The notes beneath the pieces were generated by a model, which worked only from the letters and a program-made list of their open reading frames with translations, had not been told where the DNA came from and searched no databases. This document shows, one piece after another, positions 56,459 through 64,000 of a stretch of 64,000 nt of DNA; position 1 is the stretch's first letter; each line of letters begins with the position of its first letter. Origin of the DNA: the human T2T-CHM13v2.0 reference genome, Homo sapiens; the NCBI RefSeq assembly GCF_009914755.1, contig NC_060936.1. One strand, 5' to 3'. The translations under genes were made by a program, and so were the position numbers.

Positions 56459-56661
56459 CTAAGTAAAAGTAAATATCAAGAGATATGATCATGTCTTATC
56501 GAAAAGATCAAGGTCCCTAGTTACTGATTCTCTCTTAGGTCAAATACTTGATCCCTGAGGTAAATATCAAATCCTCAGAACGTCTGACCTAAAATTTCTA
56601 AACAAGAAAAATTCTATGTATGCAGATAATTGGTCTCATCATCATAAACTCCATGATATAC

Positions 56662-56700
56662 CTGTTGTGGCTTTTTGTGGGGTTTTCTGCACTGAAATAT
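56662..56700 (-). CDS. CD163: CD163 juxtamembrane micro-exon (exon 13)
   Basis: 39 nt, tacag|ATATTTC...ACAG|gtatat; translates DISVQKTPQKATT. Confidence 0.93.
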
Positions 56701-57062
56701 CTGTAGGAGAAAAGAAAGAGAGAGGGTTAATTCTTTGCATGATATATAGAACAAGCCTTCTGATTTCCTTGTCTGACCCCTTAGTACCTCTCAACCAAGT
56801 ATATGACTCTTTCCCACCTAAAACTAGAGTCCTCTAGTCTTTCTTTCTCTGCACAGGGAATATAGGTTGTATGTGTCTCCTTGGTGAAGGCCATTGTATA
56901 ACAATTGTTTTCATCATTCTTTCAGTAGAGACATTATGATTCTCTGAGAATCCCCACCAGATCCCTGTGCTGATAAATCCGGTTTTTACACAACACACAT
57001 CACTGCCCAACCCCTCTTTGCTGCCAGAGATTCCAAGCTCAATCCAGGCTTCTGGCACTTAC

Positions 57063-57371
57063 CTGTGCAATTCACTGCAGCGTCTTCCTTGTGCCCACAC
57101 TCACTATGGCCCCAGCGTCTGGCAGGACAATCCCACAAGGAAGACTCATTCCCTTTGCACTTCACTTCATTGAGCCATATCGGTCCAGTCCCCTGACCAA
57201 ACTCTGCTTCTTTGAATGCTTTCAAAGCTGGACCACAGCCAAGTTGTTGACACACCACCTGAGCATCGTCCAAGTCCCAAGAGTCATCACACACTGTCCC
57301 CCAGGAACCTCCATGCCAGATCTCCACACGTCCAGAACAGGAAGTGGGTCCTTCCTGAAGTCTTATCTTGT
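57063..57371 (-). CDS. CD163: CD163 SRCR9 exon (exon 12)
   Basis: 309 nt, ttcag|ACAAG...ACAG|gtaag; translates [29 protein letters not shown]...AAVNCT. Confidence 0.97.
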
Positions 57372-57490
57372 CTGAAAAATCAGAGACATGTAGCCTATTT
57401 CTAAGACTTCTAAAAGTTTCCAGGAGTTCACAGGTGAAAAGAGAGATTTGAAACTTAAAAAAAAAAAAAAACTATTTAAAATTTTACTGA

Positions 57491-57837
<347 letters not shown>

Positions 57838-58039
57838 TAAAATTTATATTTTTACAAAATTTATCTTTTATAAGAGGACTTGTCATTACAGCCAACTAGG
57901 TATATTCCATCCTGCACATAAGATACATAATGTGACCCAGTAAATGTTAAATGATTAAAGTTAACATTATAAATATGTGATGTCAAATTCTTTCAAATAG
58001 GCAAGATCTTGGGAAACTGGCAGGTTGTCACAAATCTCA

Positions 58040-58426
<387 letters not shown>

Positions 58427-58798
58427 TTAGTGTAACAAGATAATATTTGAAAGAAAAATGGGAAGGTAAGGTAGACCATTCAACAGTCAAATATTAAACC
58501 ACATATTCTCTCCTCCTCAGAGAAAGCAATTGAATAAATCTTTCAAGCAGACCATGGGGAGTATGATATTCTTTAGAATAATAATAGCTGATCCTGAATA
58601 TCTACAGGCCAAATTAAATAAAACCAGTTACACTATCCAGGTAGAATAGATATTACCCACAAGTTACCCATTCTTGCTTAATTCAATCTAACAATTTAAG
58701 CCAGTGTGAGAATAGGAAAATAAAATCCAGTGTCCATTATCAGAAGATGATAGCGGGGCTGCAGAATGGAATTTTCATATAGGTCGATGGATACTCAC

Positions 58799-59119
58799 TG
58801 TCACATGTGATCCAGGTCTCCTCCGAGGGGCTGGCCAGTCTCTTCTCCCATGGAGATGATGGGCACTGCCACAGCGTGTCAGGTCCTTTTGGACACTGAA
58901 CATTGTCCACCCACATGGGAATGGACATGGCCTTGTCTAAAGATGCAGGGTTGATTTTCCCTTTGTCTGCACAGCCCAGCTGCCTGCACACCACACCCAC
59001 AGTGGTTTCAGACATGCTACTCTTGCCAACAGTGCCCCAAGCTCCATTGTAAAAAACTTCCAGACGCCCTGCACAGGCCTCTCTGCTGGCTTCACTGGTC
59101 AGTCTCAGAGACATGAATT
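58799..59119 (-). CDS. CD163: CD163 SRCR8 exon (exon 11)
   Basis: 321 nt, gcag|AATTC...GACA|gtgag; translates [21 protein letters not shown]...TWITCD. Confidence 0.97.
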
Positions 59120-60201
59120 CTGCAGCAAAACATAGAATTAGTAGTTTTGCATCTTTTCTGAAGATTCAGAGACTCCTTCCCTTTACCTTGATGTAAGAAT
59201 GGCTTTAAAAATAGGTACAATAGTACAATATGTCAGTTACTAATAATTCGTTAGTAACTTCTGGATGATTTCATAGATATTATTAAAATATTTTATTTAT
59301 TCTATAAATACATTATAGTTTTTTGGTCTTTGGTTTTGGACTCAGAGTCCTCTTTAGATTACCCTCAATCATTCTAATAGGCTTTTTTCAGTTACATAGT
59401 TTGGATTTTTTCCCAAAAATATTCTCCTTTTTTTGCAACTGTCTTTGATAGTTAAAATTGTTAGACACTCAGGCACTAAAATCAATGTTTTGTGTACATC
59501 TCTTAAAATGACAGTTCATTTGCTGACACTTCACAGTTTTGCAGTGCATGTCTTCTACCAGATTTATGTCATTAAAATAGGAATAAATCACTTCTGAGAT
59601 ACAGAGTTTTTCACTTCCTTAAGTTACTGAATCATAGTTCTGTTCCCCATAATACATATGAAATAGTACATTTTTAAATTTCAGAATGTTTTCTAAAACT
59701 CACCATGTATACAAAGCAGTATGAGGGCAGTAACCTCATGCTACTTTTTGTTTCTATGACAAGTAAGTCTCATTTATCTGCCATGAAAAATTGCTTGGGC
59801 ATAGTAATTATCTTTTTTTCTGTAGAATGATGCAACATATATATTTCTTCTTGTCCCTTTAAATCTACTTCTTTACTAATACTGTAATTATCAAGTGTTG
59901 CTATTGGATCGCTATCTAATATCTGGCCCCAAATATATTTATTAAAAACCTTCATTATTAACTTTGTTGTCATTTTCATGATATACAAGACCATTTCTGG
60001 TCTTTTCTCTTTACAATGTTGCACTACCTTGCTCATGAAGTACCACTAGCACATCAAACCCAGACTTCTGTTGTCCTGACTCCCACAATAGTTCCTTTTG
60101 GATCAACTTTTCAGGAAAATCTTTAAGATTAATACCCCTCACTACCCTTCCTCAGTCCTTTCTCTATGTAATTATGACCAAAGGTCATATGCATAATTTA
60201 C

Positions 60202-60516
60202 CTGAGCAGATAACTCCCGCATCCTCCTTGTGCCTGCAATTTTGCTGCCCCCAGCCGTGTGAATGGCACTGCCAAATGCGGGATTCTTTTCCATTGCATT
60301 TCATCTCATCCAGCCAGATGGGCCCTGTTCCTTCCCCAAAATGAGCAGAACCAGTGGCATTAATGGCCTCTCCACAGCCCAGCTGTCTGCAAACCACGTG
60401 GGCATCACTCAGGTCCCAGCTGTCATCACAGATGGTGCCCCAGGAGCCCTCATGATAGATCTCTACTCTCCCAGCACAGCGACCTCCTCCATTTACCAGG
60501 CGAAGTTGACCACTCT
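60202..60516 (-). CDS. CD163: CD163 SRCR7 exon (exon 10)
   Basis: 315 nt with canonical splice sites; translates [31 protein letters not shown]...DAGVICS. Confidence 0.97.
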
Positions 60517-60596
60517 CTGCAAAGAGAAATGAAACTATTAATAATGAGCATTCCACTTGTTATTAATATTTTCATAGATTTGTCACAGAGTCTTAC

Positions 60597-60689
60597 CTAT
60601 GCAGGCCACAGCACTTTCTTCTGGAATGGTAGGCCTTGTTGGGCCCAAAGACGATGAATTGCACGAGGACAGTGTTTGGGACTGGTTTC
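60597..60689 (-). CDS. CD163: CD163 Pro/Ser/Thr-rich linker exon (exon 9)
   Basis: 93 nt, tgcag|GAAACC...ATAG|gtaag; translates [30 protein letters not shown]. Not present in the ORF track. Confidence 0.95.
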   Translation of the reverse strand, partial: ETSPKHCPRAIHRLWAQQGLPFQKKVLWPA

Positions 60690-61061
60690 CTGCAAACACC
60701 AAGGTACTCAGTCATACAAGACACAAAAGGTTAGGGGAGTCAGATGAAATGTTATATGGATGAGTTGAGGACAAACATAGCTTAGAGAGAGAGGGGAAGG
60801 TGGATGGTCAACAAGTTTGAAATAAATCAGGTGCTTTGAGATGGGCTTGGCACATAGTAAGCACTGGATAACTAAGAAGTCCATCAAAATTAGGTTTGCT
60901 CACCCTCTGAAAAGACAAATGAGGTTAATATTCTGAAGCATGAATTAGTATTCATTCTTCTCATGACCCTTCAAAATGGATCACTGCGTTTTACTTTTGT
61001 TCTTCATCCCTATGTACACCTTCTCTTAAGACCCATCACTGGCTGCCCGTCATCCTCTTAC

Positions 61062-61376
61062 CTGAGCAGATTACAGAGGCCACTTGCTCTGAAGGACATA
61101 ATGAAGCACCTAGAGCAGTTACAGGACAATCTCCCATGTGCTGCTCAGTCCCAGTGCAGTGAAACATATGCCTCCAGATCTGACCATTTCCTTTTCCAAA
61201 ACGTGCTCCTCCTGGGGTAGAAAGGGCAACTCCACATTTAAGCTGCTGGCAAAGAACATGGGCATCTTCTATGTCCCAGTGAGAGTTACAGAGGGATCCC
61301 CAGGCACCAAGCGTTTTGAGCTCCACTCTGCCCTCACACGGGGTCTTGCCATTCACCAAGCGAATTTCTGTGTATC
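61062..61376 (-). CDS. CD163: CD163 SRCR6 exon (exon 8)
   Basis: 315 nt, ccag|GATACAC...TCAG|gtaag; translates [20 protein letters not shown]...VASVICS. Confidence 0.97.
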
Positions 61377-61475
61377 CTGGAAGGAGACAGGGCTTTAGAA
61401 AAAGACAGCTATGACTCCCTAACCCTGTCCCTTTCACAGTATGAGAACCAATTAAAGATGTTTTCTGGGTCTTAC

Positions 61476-61790
61476 TTGAGCAGACTACTCCAACATCCCT
61501 GCTGTGGCTACAAGTTCCTTCTGGGCGGGGTGCTACTGGGCAGAGTGAAAGATGGGACTCATGTCCCTCACACTGGAATTCTTCAGCCCAGATCTGTCCA
61601 TTTCCCTCTCCAAAGTGAGCTCCCCCCAGGATAGAGACAACTGTGCCACACTGTAATTCCCTGCATAGAACGCTGGCAGCTTCCAGAGAGAAGTCCGAAT
61701 CACAGATGGAGCCCCACGTGTCACCATGCTTCACTTCAACACGTCCAGAACAGGGAATGTCCCCTCCAACCAGTCTGGGTTCCCTGTGGG
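61476..61790 (-). CDS. CD163: CD163 exon encoding SRCR domain 5 (exon 7)
   Basis: 315-nt AG..GT-bounded phase 1-1 exon translating [33 protein letters not shown]...VGVVCS, a group B SRCR domain matching recalled human CD163. Confidence 0.97.
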
Positions 61791-62599
61791 CTGAAAAATA
61801 AATATTATTTCAGTGAGAGGTAATATGATTTCCAGATTTCCATTCATGATGAGGGTGAAGAAGGTGGTGTGGAGTGGGAAATGGAGACCAGGGTGCTCAG
61901 TGATTTCCTACACTTGTTTGTCTTGGCTTTTCTGCCTCGAGTTGGGTATGGATAAATCTAGACCTCCCCATTCCTAGCTGAACTCATCCATCTGAGAGAA
62001 TTCTGGGACTTCACCTTGTGCAGCCAACCATCCCCAAAGGCAATGATAACTCTGTTCTTCCAAAATTTTGCTTACTTTATTCATAATAACATTAGAGACC
62101 ACAAACAATGTGTATCTACTATCGCTATCTCTTAGTCTTGCACTCATTCCTCCATGTACTGCAATCTGGGGTCTGCTCAACCTTTTTGAATTGTTCTATG
62201 TAAAGCTTTTCAATATACTTCTAATTTTCAGAATGAACATCAGACTTCTTCCTTTTGACGTCTGTTACGTTTGGTATACGTGACCCTTCTTGTCCCATTT
62301 TCTCCTCCATTCTTTCTGACAGTGCTTTATCAAAACATTTCGTGTATTCCTTGAGTCAAAGTTCTGTCCGTAACCTTCTCATCTGCTCAATGGACATGTC
62401 TCAACTGCTAATAAATATATTTTCATCCATACTTTTTTCTTTAATTTTAGATCCACAAACGTATCTGCTTAGACATGTGGAGCTTAAAGTATTCAAAGTT
62501 GAATGAATTATTGTATGACAAGCCCACTATATTCTTTACTTAATTAATGATATACAGGCCAAATTAGAACCACCTAAAATTGACCCACTTTATCTCACC

Positions 62600-63530
62600 A
62601 CAAATAATGGTAATAATGATAGCAGTGAATATTAAGTGAGCGTCTATTATATTACATATATGGCATTCCAATAAGCATTTAACAAACATTATTTCATTCA
62701 ATCCTTAAAATTGCCTTAGGAGATAATTGTTAATATCATTCTGATTTTACAGACAGGGAATCTGAAACATAGAGAGGTGAGGTGTAGTAATTTGCTAAGG
62801 TCACACAAGAAATTACTACAGAATTAGTAAGAGAACAGAATTTGAAGCCAGACAGTATATTCCAGAGCCTAGAATGTTGACTTTCATGATACATTGAACA
62901 TGTAGAAAACCACCATATCTGTTGGTCCTCCAGCATATTTCTTCTTCTGCATATTTGTTGCTATTGCCATAAAGTGATTTGTCATCATCTGTCATGCAGA
63001 CCTCTACAATAGCTTCGTAAATTGTTTCCTTGCTTCAAAGTCTTTTTTCCAAGAAATTTATGCCATGATTATAAATATATTAATAAATTTCAAATATTTT
63101 CATGTGATGTTTTTCCTTTAGATGACTTAACGTTTCCTTAAAATGTATGCAATGATCCCTTACATAATTTCTTATAATTTCTGTAATAATCATGTATGCA
63201 ATAATTAATCCAAAAGTATCAATGTAATGACCTATAATGTAACAACCTGTAATGTTCTCTGACTCTATTTTAGGCATTTGATGATGGGTGGGTTAAAAAG
63301 GCCGCCACAGAATTCAGTCTGTCAGTGAAGATAGATAATACTAAAAATAATAATCATAATCATATTAGCTAACATGTATTTATAGCTCACTGTGTAATTC
63401 CTGTGAGGTAGGCCCTATTACCACTCCCATTTTTCTTCTGAGCAAACTGCAGCACAAACAGTTTTCATAGATTCCCTAATTTCGTCCAGCTATTAAAATT
63501 AAGGAGAGGTGATAAACACTAATTCTTTAG
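62600..63530. mobile_element. MIR fragments
   Basis: attttacagacagggaatctga...aaggtcacac motifs near 62750 and 63430. Confidence 0.6.
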
Positions 63531-64000
63531 TACACTTTAAAATAGTATGCTGTTACCTTAAAAGCTTTAATATCTATTACTTTATCAACCTAATTTGATG
63601 CTCCAGCCTAAAGATGCTTGGGCATGCCGTAATTTTCATGCTTCTGTGCCTCTGTAGAAACTTTTCTCTCTACTTAAAATTTATTTCCCTACCTTATATA
63701 CCTAGGAAAAGGCTACTTCTTTTCAAGGCTGTTCAATTTCTCACTAATAGCCTTCTCCTCCATGAACACAGTTCACTACAAGATATACATATTTTAATAG
63801 TGATGAACCCAAAAATAGAAATATGTATTAGACATAAAACTAACAAATAAAGGAGTCATTCACTCTGTTTTAGACTATGGGGGAGAGAATACCATAGATC
63901 TAAACTGGATCTTGAAAAAAGATGAGGAGTTTGCCAAATACACAGTGTGTGAAACAATCTTTAAGGAATATGGTCACGAAATGCATGGTGTCATTGAAGA

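Overview
This is primate, almost certainly human, genomic DNA from the CD163 / CD163L1 scavenger-receptor locus (12p13 by recognition of the proteins); an AluYa5 copy supports a human origin. Both genes lie on the minus strand. The right end holds the 3' half of CD163: SRCR5-9, the two linker exons, the TM exon, three alternative cytoplasmic tails and a non-coding last exon (about 44511-61790). The left end holds the 5' end of CD163L1: promoter, exons 1-2, SRCR1 and SRCR2 (5732-17570). About 27 kb between the genes is mostly nested L1, Alu and MaLR sequence, and a full-length dead L1PA sits antisense in the last CD163 intron. The most unusual element is a ~2.77 kb retrocopy of MPHOSPH8 (MPP8, the H3K9me3 reader of the HUSH complex) in CD163L1 intron 2, on the host sense strand and nested inside an L1 3' fragment with two sets of TSDs. 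It appears to derive from an intronically polyadenylated MPP8 transcript, carries ~450 bp of CpG-rich promoter-like sequence, keeps a parental splice donor, and has an open 194-codon ORF (chromodomain with intact aromatic cage plus basic NLS-like tracts, no C-terminal region). Whether it is expressed cannot be told from sequence. Repeat subfamily calls were made by eye, and comparisons with parental proteins rely on recalled sequences.
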